Part shown: in pieces, positions 11,132 to 20,893 of the stretch | Numbering within the stretch: the first letter of the stretch is position 1 | How the letters are laid out: every line of letters starts with the position of its first letter | DNA from: Promethearchaeota archaeon | GTDB taxonomy: Archaea; Asgardarchaeota; Lokiarchaeia; Sigyniarchaeales; SOKP01 | NCBI GenBank assembly: GCA_019894975.1 | Contig: JAGXNO010000017.1 | Coordinates: forward strand, 1 to 64,000 | Reading direction: 5' to 3' | DNA: 64,000 nucleotides | Program-made: the position numbers and the translations under genes | Notes under the pieces: model-generated | Told to the model about the DNA's origin: nothing | What the model saw: the letters and a program-made list of their open reading frames with translations, nothing else | The model's database searches: none

Positions 11132-11404
11132 TTAAAAATTTTCTATGACTCTCCCCCCAGGAAGGATTTTATAAAGTGTAGTTCCTTCTTGGTTGATTTT
11201 TTCAACACACAACGCTTGGAGTAAAAAATCCATATGATATTTGAAAAGGTTTGAATCTTCGATAATATTTTCTCCGATTAGTTTGTCAAGTAATTCTTTT
11301 TCTTGAATGCTTTCATTCTCAAAAACCATCCTCAACATTTCCCTTCGAATTGGATGATTTACTGCTTTTAGGTGTTGTCCATGACCTACTTTTTTTTCTT
11401 CCAC
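11132..11404 (-). CDS. Small ArsR-like winged-helix protein
   Basis: KAVNHPIRREML, YHMDFL. Confidence 0.65.
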   Translation of the reverse strand: MEEKKVGHGQHLKAVNHPIRREMLRMVFENESIQEKELLDKLIGENIIEDSNLFKYHMDFLLQALCVEKINQEGTTLYKILPGGRVIENF

Positions 11405-11605
11405 GTTAAATACTCTGTTTTTTTTATGTTTTAAAATAAAACGAGCATATTAAGGTTGTAGGTTTTAAAAAATAAAGTCTAGAGATATAATATTTTATTC
11501 TAAAAACTAAAAATTGAAATTTGTCTTTTGAATTATTAATGCTATTTTATTAAATTATGATTTTATGATATTCATAATAGAAGGATTTAAGATGGTGATT
11601 GTTTA

Positions 11606-12298
11606 ATGTTTTCTGAAAACGAACTTAATAATATTAAAAGAGAAATGAGTAAGCTAAAAAATAAGGTTGTCCTAAAATTATTTACAGATTTTAAGACCCA
11701 AGAAGACGGAAGCAAACTTAGGAAATGTATGGCTTGTGAAGGGGCATATGAATTACTAAAAACACTGAAAGATTATTCTGATGGGAAATTAGATGTAGAA
11801 GAAGTATCAACTGAAGAAAATGAAGCAGAAGCAGAAAAATATAATGTTTCTAGGATTCCTGCAATACTATTTATTGATGAAAATGATAAGGAAATTATAC
11901 GCTATTTAGCACATCCGACTGGATCTGAATTTGTTCCTTTTCTTAACAGCATCCAGTATTTCTCAGGAGTAAGACCTTACTATGCGGATCAAATTATTAC
12001 TCACCTCAAGAAAATAAAGAAGTCAAATATGAAAATATTCATAACTCCAACATGTCCTTATTGTCCAATGACAGTACCTGTTCTTACACTTTTCTCTATA
12101 GTATCAAAAGGGAAAATTTCTTCAGAAGTAATTGATGTTAATTTGAACCCTGACATTGGAGCGAAATATCAAGTACAAGGAGTTCCAATGACAGTTATTA
12201 ATGAAAAGGATGTTATACATGGAATGTTTACGCCTCAGGATCTGCTAGATAAACTAGTAGGGTCTAAGGGTAGAGATTTTGGGGGCATGTATGCTTAA
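11606..12298 (+). CDS. Protein disulfide oxidoreductase (two Trx folds), paralogue 1
   Basis: CMAC and CPYC motifs, QGVP. Confidence 0.85.
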   Translation: MFSENELNNIKREMSKLKNKVVLKLFTDFKTQEDGSKLRKCMACEGAYELLKTLKDYSDGKLDVEEVSTEENEAEAEKYNVSRIPAILFIDENDKEIIRYLAHPTGSEFVPFLNSIQYFSGVRPYYADQIITHLKKIKKSNMKIFITPTCPYCPMTVPVLTLFSIVSKGKISSEVIDVNLNPDIGAKYQVQGVPMTVINEKDVIHGMFTPQDLLDKLVGSKGRDFGGMYA

Positions 12299-12321
12299 AA
12301 TGAGCGAAGTGATCATATAAA

Positions 12322-13005
12322 ATGTCTCAAGACGATAGATATAAGGAAATAATCAAAACAGAAATGGCAAAACTTAATAAACCGGTTACATTGAAAGTGT
12401 TTACATCACAAAAAGTCCATCCAGATGGTTCTAGAATTAGAGCCTGCATGGATTGTGGGCAGTTCATGGCATTATTGCGAATCTATGAGGAAAATTCAAA
12501 TGGAATGCTCACAATAGAAGAACTTTCAATAGATGACAACCCTGAATTCGCCAAAAAATATGACATAAGTCGTGTACCTACAATTTTATTCATAGATGAT
12601 AAAGGACGGGAAGTCATCCGCTATTTAGCAGCACCTAAGGGTGGCGAGATTCAACCATTCATCCAATCAATATTTACATTTGCGGGAGTACGTAATTACT
12701 ATGAAGCAACGATAAAACAAAATCTTAGTCGCATCGAGCCATCCGTAATTAAAGTAATGATGACGGAGACATGCCCATATTGCCCTCAGGTTATTTCAAT
12801 CTGCAACGCGTTTGCTATTGCTTCGGATGGCAAAATAAGGACAATTATAATCGATATTGTGGCAAATCCGGATATTGGTCAGTATTATGATGCCGCAGGT
12901 GTTCCGTATACCATTATAAATGACCAAAAAACATTAGTGGGGATGGTTGGAGCCCCTGAAATATTAAGAGCCTTGATAGGGGGGAATATACGGGTTCAAT
13001 ATTAA
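12322..13005 (+). CDS. Protein disulfide oxidoreductase, paralogue 2
   Basis: CMDC and CPYC motifs. Confidence 0.85.
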   Translation: MSQDDRYKEIIKTEMAKLNKPVTLKVFTSQKVHPDGSRIRACMDCGQFMALLRIYEENSNGMLTIEELSIDDNPEFAKKYDISRVPTILFIDDKGREVIRYLAAPKGGEIQPFIQSIFTFAGVRNYYEATIKQNLSRIEPSVIKVMMTETCPYCPQVISICNAFAIASDGKIRTIIIDIVANPDIGQYYDAAGVPYTIINDQKTLVGMVGAPEILRALIGGNIRVQY

Positions 13006-13040
13006 TTTAAAATCAAAAAAATTCGTAATTCGAGAGAAAT

Positions 13041-13688
13041 TTGCCAGCTTCCTATGTCTTTACTAAAATGATACGAGATGAGATGAAGAAACTCTCAAAA
13101 TCAGTTTCATTACTAGTGTTTATAGACAAAATTAATGATCATCAAAATTATGACTACACAAGGTCTATCCTAAAAGTTTATGAGGAAAATTCAAACGGGA
13201 TGCTAACTATAAATGAAATACAAATTGGTCATAATAAAGAATTAGAACATAAATATGATATTCAACAAGTTCCAACTATTTTATTCATTGATAATAACGG
13301 TAATGAAATCATTCGTTATTTAGCAGCCCCCCAGGGGAGTGAGGTCCAACCTTTTATTCAAGCTATATTAATATTTGCGGGATCTCCGAACTATTATGAG
13401 AAAGCTATTAAAAAAAATCTGGAAAGAATAAAACCCTCAACAATTAAGGTACTAATAACAAATTCTTGTGCATTTTGTCCCCAGGTGGTGGATATCGTCT
13501 CAAAGTTTGCATTAGCATCAAGCGGAAAAATTAAAGCTGAAATAATTGATATTAAAGAAAATCCAGATATAGGTCAACAATATAACGCTTGTAGTGTTCC
13601 CTATACATTAATAAATGAAAATAAATTAATAGATGGCATGTGTGCTCCTGAGGAAATATTAGAAGCACTAATTGGGGAAACAATATAA
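13041..13688 (+). CDS. Protein disulfide oxidoreductase, paralogue 3 (N-terminal CxxC lost)
   Basis: Clear similarity to 12322 (YEENSNGMLTI, IRYLAAP); only CAFC retained. Confidence 0.8.
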   Translation: MPASYVFTKMIRDEMKKLSKSVSLLVFIDKINDHQNYDYTRSILKVYEENSNGMLTINEIQIGHNKELEHKYDIQQVPTILFIDNNGNEIIRYLAAPQGSEVQPFIQAILIFAGSPNYYEKAIKKNLERIKPSTIKVLITNSCAFCPQVVDIVSKFALASSGKIKAEIIDIKENPDIGQQYNACSVPYTLINENKLIDGMCAPEEILEALIGETI

Positions 13689-13743
13689 GTCAAATTTCAA
13701 TCTTTTTAATAAATAAATTACATAAAAATCAGGAAAGAAAATA

Positions 13744-14688
13744 ATGAGTAATATTGATATGGATACATTTGACTTAAATAAAACATATGATCTGATAGTT
13801 TTAGGAGGAGGTCCAACTGCAATTGGTTGTGCCATTTATGCTGCAAGATTTGCGATGAATGTACTCGTTATTGGAAAAGTTTTCGGCGGTTTAATTGCTA
13901 CAACCCACGTTGTTGAAAATTATCCTGCTATTACTACAATTAGTGGTCAAGGTCTTATGGAAATGTTCAGAGAACATATGAACTCACTTAATATCCCCTA
14001 CATATCAGACGAGATTAGGAGTATTGAGAAAGTAGAGGATCATTTTGAACTGAATTCTTTCTTCCAAAAATTCAAAGCTTACTCTATATGCATAGCAACT
14101 GGTTCAGAAAGGAAAAAACTTGGAGTTCCTGGTGAAGAAGATTTTGCGGGAAGAGGTGTCTCTTATTGTGCAACGTGCGACGGACCATTTTATAAAGATA
14201 AAATTGTTGCTGTTATTGGTGGAAGTGACTCTGCTGCCAAAGAAGCATTATTTTTAGCTCAAAATACGAAAAAGGTTTATATTATTTATCGTGGGGAAGA
14301 AATTCGAGCAGAACCTATAAATAAGAAAAGAGTTTCTAAAAATGAAAAAATTGAGATAATCTATAAAACAAACATTAAAGAAATTAAAGGAGATAATACG
14401 GTGAACTCTGTTGTTTTTGATAACGGAAAAGATTTTGAGGTTGGTGGTGTTTTTATAGAGATAGGTTCTATACCAAATTCTGACCTAGCAAAAAGAATCG
14501 GAGTAGAGACAAATCAGAAAGGGGAAATCAGAATAAATAGAAAATCAGAAACAAATATTCCAGGTATTTTTGCTGCGGGAGATGTTGCCGATGCCCCATT
14601 CAAGCAAGCTATAACTGGTGTATCTGAAGGAGTAGTTGCGGCATATTCAGCATTCGACTATGTTAAAGGTATTGATATTGAATATTAA
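13744..14688 (+). CDS. trxB: Thioredoxin reductase
   Basis: GGGPTA, GRGVSYCATCDG, GGSDSA, FAAGDV. Confidence 0.92.
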   Translation: MSNIDMDTFDLNKTYDLIVLGGGPTAIGCAIYAARFAMNVLVIGKVFGGLIATTHVVENYPAITTISGQGLMEMFREHMNSLNIPYISDEIRSIEKVEDHFELNSFFQKFKAYSICIATGSERKKLGVPGEEDFAGRGVSYCATCDGPFYKDKIVAVIGGSDSAAKEALFLAQNTKKVYIIYRGEEIRAEPINKKRVSKNEKIEIIYKTNIKEIKGDNTVNSVVFDNGKDFEVGGVFIEIGSIPNSDLAKRIGVETNQKGEIRINRKSETNIPGIFAAGDVADAPFKQAITGVSEGVVAAYSAFDYVKGIDIEY

Positions 14689-14769
14689 TTGAGAATTATA
14701 GTTTAATTTAGAACTTACTTTCGTTTTTAAATTATAAGATAAATAAGATATTCGAAGAGTAAAGCATTT

Positions 14770-15672
14770 TTAAGGAGTTTTTAGCAAGGGTGATCCTGTG
14801 GATAATATCCTTAAAATCCTCATCCAGTAATTTTCTATTTCCCATACTTTTTTATTTTTTATCTTTTCAGAAATTTCTTTAAAAATTTCTCTTATTTTAA
14901 GTGAATCGAGATATGTTATACTAGGAGCGATTACAGAAAGCATAAATTGCTTTTCCCCGAATCTTTCTTTTTTATCTGGAAAGGCATCAAAAAACAGATA
15001 TCCCCTCTTCTTAATATTTTCAATGTTGAGTAGGACACCCTCAGCTCTAGTGATTTTATCATGTCCATAAATGGTGGTTGCAGCATGAAACAACTGCTGG
15101 CTTATTCTATTAATCGAAATATGACATGATTTTTCGGAGGGATGGCTCTTTTTTAACACAGGACCTTCAATGTCATCCCAAAATACAACTAATAGACAAA
15201 AGGGTAGCTGATCTTCTTCTGTAATAGATGGTTGCATTTCTATTTGATAGAAGTTTAGCAAATCTTTAACTTTATTATTAATAAGTTCAGATTTTTGCTT
15301 TCGAGTAATTTTTCCAGAAATAGAGGCGATCAAGTCTTCCTCGTTAAATGGTTTAGTGATGTAATCATCGACTCCTAACATTTTACCTAATCGAATATCT
15401 TCAGTAGTAGATTTAGCTGTAAGAAATAAAAAAGGTATCTGATTCCATTGAGAATGAGTAGAAACAGCTTTGAAAAATTCATAACCATCCATATTCGGCA
15501 TCTTTATATCACTGATTATCACTTCAGGAGGTTCTTTAAGAGTAGAAAGAGTTTTCAGTGCCTGATCTCCACTCATTGAGGTTAGAACTTCATAACCTCT
15601 CTTTTCAAGCAAAATTTTAAGGTTAAACAGAATATCTTTGTTGTCATCAACGACTAGGATCTTTTCATGCAA
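14770..15672 (-). CDS. Response regulator: receiver domain plus uDENN/longin-like output domain
   Basis: Receiver VVDD, ISDIKMP, LTA, TKPF; C-terminal half FWDDIEGP...ERFGEKQFMLSVIAP. Confidence 0.8.
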   Translation of the reverse strand: MHEKILVVDDNKDILFNLKILLEKRGYEVLTSMSGDQALKTLSTLKEPPEVIISDIKMPNMDGYEFFKAVSTHSQWNQIPFLFLTAKSTTEDIRLGKMLGVDDYITKPFNEEDLIASISGKITRKQKSELINNKVKDLLNFYQIEMQPSITEEDQLPFCLLVVFWDDIEGPVLKKSHPSEKSCHISINRISQQLFHAATTIYGHDKITRAEGVLLNIENIKKRGYLFFDAFPDKKERFGEKQFMLSVIAPSITYLDSLKIREIFKEISEKIKNKKVWEIENYWMRILRILSTGSPLLKTP

Positions 15673-15698
15673 AATTTTAAGGTTAAACAGAATATCTT
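15600..15698. repeat. 39-bp direct repeat (38/39 identical), 60-bp period, spanning the response-regulator start
   Basis: tcttttca[a/t]gcaaaattttaaggttaaacagaatatctt at 15600-15638 and 15660-15698. Confidence 0.9.
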
Positions 15699-15753
15699 AT
15701 TAGAGTAATAAGAAGATATTTGAGCCCATTAATATTTAAAATTTCTCAAATTT

Positions 15754-17607
15754 TTATATTCTAGGTAAAAATACAATAAATGTTGTTCCCTTCTCTAATT
15801 CACTATCGATGTAAACTTCCCCATTATGAGCTTCAATTAAATCCTTTGCGATAGCTAATCCTAACCCGGTTCCAGCTATTTCATTTACATTGCTAGCGCG
15901 AAAAAATCGTTCAAAAATGTGAGGTAAATCTTCCTTAGGGATACCTCGTCCATAATCCCTGAATTTAAAGAGAACTCCTGGATTTTCATTTGAATTATAT
16001 TTACCTTGATAATTCATTATTGCTTCTACTTCTATTTTTGAATTATCGAGAGAGTATTTGATTGCGTTATCAATAATAATTCGAAAAATTTGGTCAATTC
16101 TTTTTGGATCACCTTTTAAATATAGACTATCATCAATATTGATTTCAAATTGAATATTTTTCTCTTTACCAATAGGTTCTAGAAGATACAAAATATCGTT
16201 AATAATTTCTAAAGGAGAATACTCTTTCAATTCCAATTTTAACCTATTCTCATCGATCCGCATAATTAGCAAGATATCTTCAGCTAATTCATTTAATAAA
16301 TAGATATTTCTCATAATTCCACCCATCAATTTTTCTTCTAAATCCTTATCAAAATCCTCTTTATGTTTACTAAGATAATCTATTGACATCATTAAAACGG
16401 TGATTGGAGTTCTTAATTCATGTGAGACTGTAGAAACTAATTGTGATAACCTTTCCTCAGCTTTTTTGCGTTCGGTAATATCCGTAGCAACACTCAAGAG
16501 AGATGATAATTTCTCGTCAATATCTTTTAAAGGTTGTTCAACTATCCAATATGTTTTTCTACCCGAGGGTTGATTGAATGTACGCTGGTATGATCTACTA
16601 TTTCCACTCTGAATTAATTCTCGGTTAGAATTAAAATATTCTTCAGCTACTTCTTTAGGAAGAACATCAAATAGACTTTTTCCGACAAAATCTTCAGGTT
16701 TTCCACCTAATTCGTTTGCTGCTTTTTCATTCACCAGCAAATAATCTCCATTTTCATTCAGCATGGTAATTCCTGCTCCAGAATGTTTTATAATGTTTTT
16801 TAACTCCAACTCACTTCTCCTGATTTTTCTAAATAGTAGGTTAAAGGGTTCTTTAATTCCAATCTGAATAATAGATTTGTACAAAAGATAAAATGCAATT
16901 ATTTTAAAGATATGTCCGAGGAGGTTTGAAACATCATAAACGTCAATATAGAAGGTGAAGGCTAATTCAGCTATCATTGTTGAGATAATTGAAAAAAACA
17001 TTAAAATTAAGACTCTTTTATCAAACTCAATCTTTTGTTTGAAAATAATTAAAAGACAAATTAGGAGTATTAAAATAATAATATATTCACTCACAATTTT
17101 AAAAGGAGTTAACCCATCGATATAACAGAGGGGAAATAATTTAACAAAAATAAGCACTACTAGCAGTATTGTAGCACCTAAGTAAGAAACAATAAGAATA
17201 ATTGGTTTTACGATTCTCTTGATTAGGAGTGAGGCTAATAAACATGAAATCGCTTGAAGATACCTTGCTGCGATCCATAAAGATGTTGGCAGATTGGGGC
17301 TGAAACCTGTAAAGATAGCCATGCCGGAGTAAGAAAGGGTGTGAATTAGGTCAATAATACCAATAAAAAGAGATGATACCCCTAGAACCAGAAAAAAGGA
17401 ATTTTCCATATATCTACGTGAGTTCCAACCTACAAAAAACACACCACCTGCTATAACTATACTAAATACCTCAGCAATACTATGAAATAACAAATAGCTA
17501 TAGATTCTTGAAATAATTGTAAATAAAAGCGCTACTGAAAAGACCAATATTTCAAAATATTCTGGATTTACCTTACGTGAGGTCGTTTGATTATTTTCAT
17601 TCAACAT
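15754..17607 (-). CDS. Membrane sensor histidine kinase (MASE3-PAS-HisKA-HATPase)
   Basis: MASE3-type YLLFHSIAE, DLIHTLSY; PAS; SHELRTP; DYGRGI, FERFFR, GTGLGL. Confidence 0.9.
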   Translation of the reverse strand: MLNENNQTTSRKVNPEYFEILVFSVALLFTIISRIYSYLLFHSIAEVFSIVIAGGVFFVGWNSRRYMENSFFLVLGVSSLFIGIIDLIHTLSYSGMAIFTGFSPNLPTSLWIAARYLQAISCLLASLLIKRIVKPIILIVSYLGATILLVVLIFVKLFPLCYIDGLTPFKIVSEYIIILILLICLLIIFKQKIEFDKRVLILMFFSIISTMIAELAFTFYIDVYDVSNLLGHIFKIIAFYLLYKSIIQIGIKEPFNLLFRKIRRSELELKNIIKHSGAGITMLNENGDYLLVNEKAANELGGKPEDFVGKSLFDVLPKEVAEEYFNSNRELIQSGNSRSYQRTFNQPSGRKTYWIVEQPLKDIDEKLSSLLSVATDITERKKAEERLSQLVSTVSHELRTPITVLMMSIDYLSKHKEDFDKDLEEKLMGGIMRNIYLLNELAEDILLIMRIDENRLKLELKEYSPLEIINDILYLLEPIGKEKNIQFEINIDDSLYLKGDPKRIDQIFRIIIDNAIKYSLDNSKIEVEAIMNYQGKYNSNENPGVLFKFRDYGRGIPKEDLPHIFERFFRASNVNEIAGTGLGLAIAKDLIEAHNGEVYIDSELEKGTTFIVFLPRI

Positions 17608-17669
17608 TTTTAAATATCTAAAATGTACACTTAATTTAAAAATAGCTTTAATTATTTTTCAATTACAGA

Positions 17670-18218
17670 TTAAGTGATTGTAGATTTTTCAAAGAATGCA
17701 TAAATCGATGTTTTATGTAATGTATATATAAAATTTGGGGGAATTACTTCTTTTATCTTTTCTATTAATCCATCAATGATAATTTCGTTTAGTTCTTGAT
17801 TAAATTCTAGGTCTGGATCATATTTATGGAGAAAAATAGAAAAATCAATGCTATTGAGATCCTTAATTCTTATTATCATTTTATTTAAGTAATCAATAGC
17901 AAGATTGTACCGTTTCACATCTTGGACGTCAAAAACATATATTATTTTTTTTGTTCCTTTCAAAATATTTTCAAGATCATTAAAATACTCTTCATGATAG
18001 GATTGTTGTCCTCCAAGGTCCCAAATAGCATATTTCGAGTCTAAAGCTTCAAATCGTTCTATCTCTAGACCTCTTGTAGGGGATAAAGAATTATATGCAG
18101 ATATACCCTTTATTCCTTTCAAACATTTTAAAATTGAAGTTTTGCCTCCATTATCTAATCCAATTAATAGGATTTTTATTGAATCTTCCGTTAAATCAAG
18201 GTTATTTAGATTATTCAT
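17670..18218 (-). CDS. Arf/Rag-like small GTPase
   Basis: G1 GLDNGGKTS, G2 PTRG, G3 WDLGGQ, G4 HKYD, G5 TSIY. Confidence 0.9.
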   Translation of the reverse strand: MNNLNNLDLTEDSIKILLIGLDNGGKTSILKCLKGIKGISAYNSLSPTRGLEIERFEALDSKYAIWDLGGQQSYHEEYFNDLENILKGTKKIIYVFDVQDVKRYNLAIDYLNKMIIRIKDLNSIDFSIFLHKYDPDLEFNQELNEIIIDGLIEKIKEVIPPNFIYTLHKTSIYAFFEKSTIT

Positions 18219-18260
18219 AATAGTTAGTAATTCATGTAAGATGTATCGTAATTTTCGAAT

Positions 18261-18608
18261 TTAAGACAAGGTTTCAATTATATCGGCATCCCTTATATCT
18301 TTTAATTTCTCTTTATTAATGGTGGTGGCAATTGAGTTTATCTGGCGCAAAAGATTATTGACATCAATATTCTTGTTTTGTTTATAGTATTTAATATTAT
18401 TTTTTTTCTCAAAATATATAAGATTATTATCTACAAGAATGTTTAAATGCTTAGAGGTTGTTGATTGAGATCTATCTAATTTTTTTTTAATCTCCGATGC
18501 GGGCATCTCATTATCTTCTAAATAATCCAGAATCTCTAACCTGGTGGTATCCGCTAAAACTTTTAAGAACTCAACAATGGGTTTTTTAATCTTATCCTCT
18601 AAGCTCAT
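18261..18608 (-). CDS. ArsR/SmtB-family transcription regulator
   Basis: LADTTRLEIL...SQSTTSKHLNIL. Confidence 0.85.
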   Translation of the reverse strand: MSLEDKIKKPIVEFLKVLADTTRLEILDYLEDNEMPASEIKKKLDRSQSTTSKHLNILVDNNLIYFEKKNNIKYYKQNKNIDVNNLLRQINSIATTINKEKLKDIRDADIIETLS

Positions 18609-18666
18609 CGATTCCCAAAATCATATTTTGTAAGAAGGTGTTTTTATAGCTTTTTAAAGCTTCTTT

Positions 18667-18759
18667 TAATGGATTATTAATGTTCCATTATTAATACGAA
18701 AACCACAAAGGTTTAAATATTATGTTATCGTAATATTCTTATATCGTGGTATCGCGATA
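18667..18759. promoter_or_regulatory. Candidate operator sites in the divergent ArsR/Lrp promoter region
   Basis: TAATGGA-N10-TCCATTA (18667-18690); perfect palindrome TATCGCGATA (18750-18759) with extra TATCG half-sites at 18726 and 18742. Confidence 0.4.
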
Positions 18760-18804
18760 AATGAATACTAATCCATCTTTTATTTTAAACGTAAGGAAAA
18801 GAAA

Positions 18805-19317
18805 ATGATAAGCGAAAAAATGGGAATTGACCAGATCGATTGTAGAATAATGGACTTAATTCAAAAAGCCCCAAACCTCACACATACTGAAATTGCTACT
18901 CATGTAAATCGCAGTCAGCCTACAGTAGGGATGCGAATTAAAAAGCTTGAGAATATAGGCGTTTTAAAGTATCAGGCAGGCATAAATATTAAAGTAGCAG
19001 ATCTTTGTTTTGCAAGGGCAGAAGTTCAAACTAAAAATCCTAGAGCAGCCATACAGATTGTAAAGGATTGTCCTTTCATGCTACAAGGTTTTCGGCTTTC
19101 TGGAAATTCAAATGTAAGTATTTTAATGGTTGGTTTAAGTTTTAAGGATATTGATCATATTGTTAATCGTCATTTCCGAAATGACCCAAATGTAACAAAT
19201 GTGCATATTGATATAATTGCTGATGTCGTAAATGATATGGTATTACCAATAGATTTAAACCTCGATTATGGGCAACTTCAGATAAATAGCTGTTGCTGTG
19301 GTAAATGTAATTGTTAA
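18805..19317 (+). CDS. Lrp/AsnC-family regulator, paralogue 1
   Basis: HTH SQPTVGMRIKKLE, RAM domain with CPF...LSG, C-terminal CCCGKCNC. Confidence 0.88.
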   Translation: MISEKMGIDQIDCRIMDLIQKAPNLTHTEIATHVNRSQPTVGMRIKKLENIGVLKYQAGINIKVADLCFARAEVQTKNPRAAIQIVKDCPFMLQGFRLSGNSNVSILMVGLSFKDIDHIVNRHFRNDPNVTNVHIDIIADVVNDMVLPIDLNLDYGQLQINSCCCGKCNC

Positions 19318-19346
19318 TTCTCTAACATTTTTATTCTAAATCAAGT

Positions 19347-19586
19347 TTAGTCTATAGTGATTGCTCTTAATTTACAAGCTGTAGTACAAATATGGCATTT
19401 TACACAGTTATCTTCATTATCTTCAACTACTATACATTTGGGTGTAGATTCTTTATTAATAACTTTATAGATACCTCTGAAGCAGGCTTCCTCACATGAG
19501 AATTCTTTGCATTGACTACACTTACTTATATCTATGTGATGAAACTTATAACTCTCTATATTACTTTGATTATCTGCTTCACTCAT
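19347..19586 (-). CDS. Small ferredoxin-like protein
   Basis: CSQC-x4-CEEAC and CVKCHICTTAC. Confidence 0.8.
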   Translation of the reverse strand: MSEADNQSNIESYKFHHIDISKCSQCKEFSCEEACFRGIYKVINKESTPKCIVVEDNEDNCVKCHICTTACKLRAITID

Positions 19587-19698
19587 GATAATTACTCAAA
19601 TATACTCATCCTTTTATCTATTTAGTTTATACACTATAACAAAATATTTTAACTTTTACAGACAAATCTCTCTTACAAAAGGAATTTAAGAATGTTAA

Positions 19699-20367
19699 AT
19701 GACCCGTGAAAAATTTCCCGTTTTTAAAGTGCCTGAATTGATGAAGGGTATATTTTTATCAAGACCTAATAGATTTGTAGGAGAAATTGAATATGAAGGA
19801 AAGACTGAAACTGCCCATATTCATGATCCTGGCAGATTAACGGAATTGCTTACAAAGGGTGTTGAGGTTTTATTTACATATTCAAAGGGAAAATTAAAAT
19901 ATTATATAAAAGCAGTTCACACTGAGGACGAATGGGTTCTAATAGACACCGCCCTTCACTCTAAAATTGCTATAGAAGTTTTTAAGTTCTTACCAGAATT
20001 TTCTGATGTAAAGGAAATTAAAAAAGAAGTAAAAATTGGAAATAGTAGAATTGATTTTGTTCTTGATGGCATTCCTTTGGAAGTAAAGGGGGTCTCATTA
20101 GTTAGAGATAATATTGCTCTTTTTCCAGACGCTCCTACTGAACGTGGTGCAAGACACGTAAGAGAAATAATTGAAAATAATGGAATTATACTGCTTTTGG
20201 TCGTTCGACAAGCTAAAAGTTTTGGTCCAAATTGGGAGATGGATCCCAAATTTTCTAATAACCTAAGCGAAGCAAGAAAAAAGGGGATTCGAATTATTCC
20301 AGTTCAAATCAGCTTTGATGGTAGAACAATCTATTATGAGGGAAAAGTTCCATTATCAAGTTTTTAA
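19699..20367 (+). CDS. sfsA: SfsA-family DNA-binding protein/nuclease
   Basis: RPNRF, HDPGRL, SRIDF, EVKG, FPDAPTERG. Confidence 0.9.
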   Translation: MTREKFPVFKVPELMKGIFLSRPNRFVGEIEYEGKTETAHIHDPGRLTELLTKGVEVLFTYSKGKLKYYIKAVHTEDEWVLIDTALHSKIAIEVFKFLPEFSDVKEIKKEVKIGNSRIDFVLDGIPLEVKGVSLVRDNIALFPDAPTERGARHVREIIENNGIILLLVVRQAKSFGPNWEMDPKFSNNLSEARKKGIRIIPVQISFDGRTIYYEGKVPLSSF

Positions 20368-20386
20368 TAGGTAAGTTGATTGATAG

Positions 20387-20893
20387 CTAATATTTAATAT
20401 CTTCATTACACACAGGGCATATTTTCTGATGTTCAGAGTTTAAGTTTAATGGTAAAACTAAATCATCTGCAACATCAACAATAATCTCCATAGTGACATT
20501 TGTTATATCAAGATTATTTCTAAAATGGTAATTAATTACCTTATCAATATCTTTATAACTTACCCCTGTTATAATGATGCTAAGATTATGTTCTCCACTA
20601 AGTTTAAAACCATTTAACATAAAAGGGCAATTTTTAACAATTTCAAAAGCATTTGATGGATTATTTGTTTGAATATCAACTCGGGCAAAACAAAGATTGT
20701 CATTTTTAAGGGTAATTCCTGCCTGAAATTTCAAAACACCTAATTTTTGAAGCCTATTTAACCTCATCCCTACTGTTGGTTGACTACGATTAACAAGTTC
20801 AGCTATTTGAGCATGTGTGAGAGCAGGTTTTCTTTGGATTAAATCCATTATCATGCAATCAATATCATCTATACCCATTTTTTCACTTAACAT
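20387..20893 (-). CDS. Lrp/AsnC-family regulator, paralogue 2
   Basis: SQPTVGMR, CPFMLNGFKLSGEHN, C-terminal CPVC. Confidence 0.88.
   Translation of the reverse strand: MLSEKMGIDDIDCMIMDLIQRKPALTHAQIAELVNRSQPTVGMRLNRLQKLGVLKFQAGITLKNDNLCFARVDIQTNNPSNAFEIVKNCPFMLNGFKLSGEHNLSIIITGVSYKDIDKVINYHFRNNLDITNVTMEIIVDVADDLVLPLNLNSEHQKICPVCNEDIKY

Noticed and set aside
4636-14688. Selenoproteins in the redox cluster
   Set aside because: The redox motifs I could read use Cys codons, and no ORF appears truncated at a TGA in a CxxU position
14770-14790. Response regulator also ends in LLKTP
   Set aside because: Lacks the [S/E] position and lies 30 kb from the Ubl locus; likely chance
19699-20367. SfsA nuclease as marker of a defence island or mobile element
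   Set aside because: Common stand-alone gene; no integrase, transposase, terminal repeats or defence partners nearby
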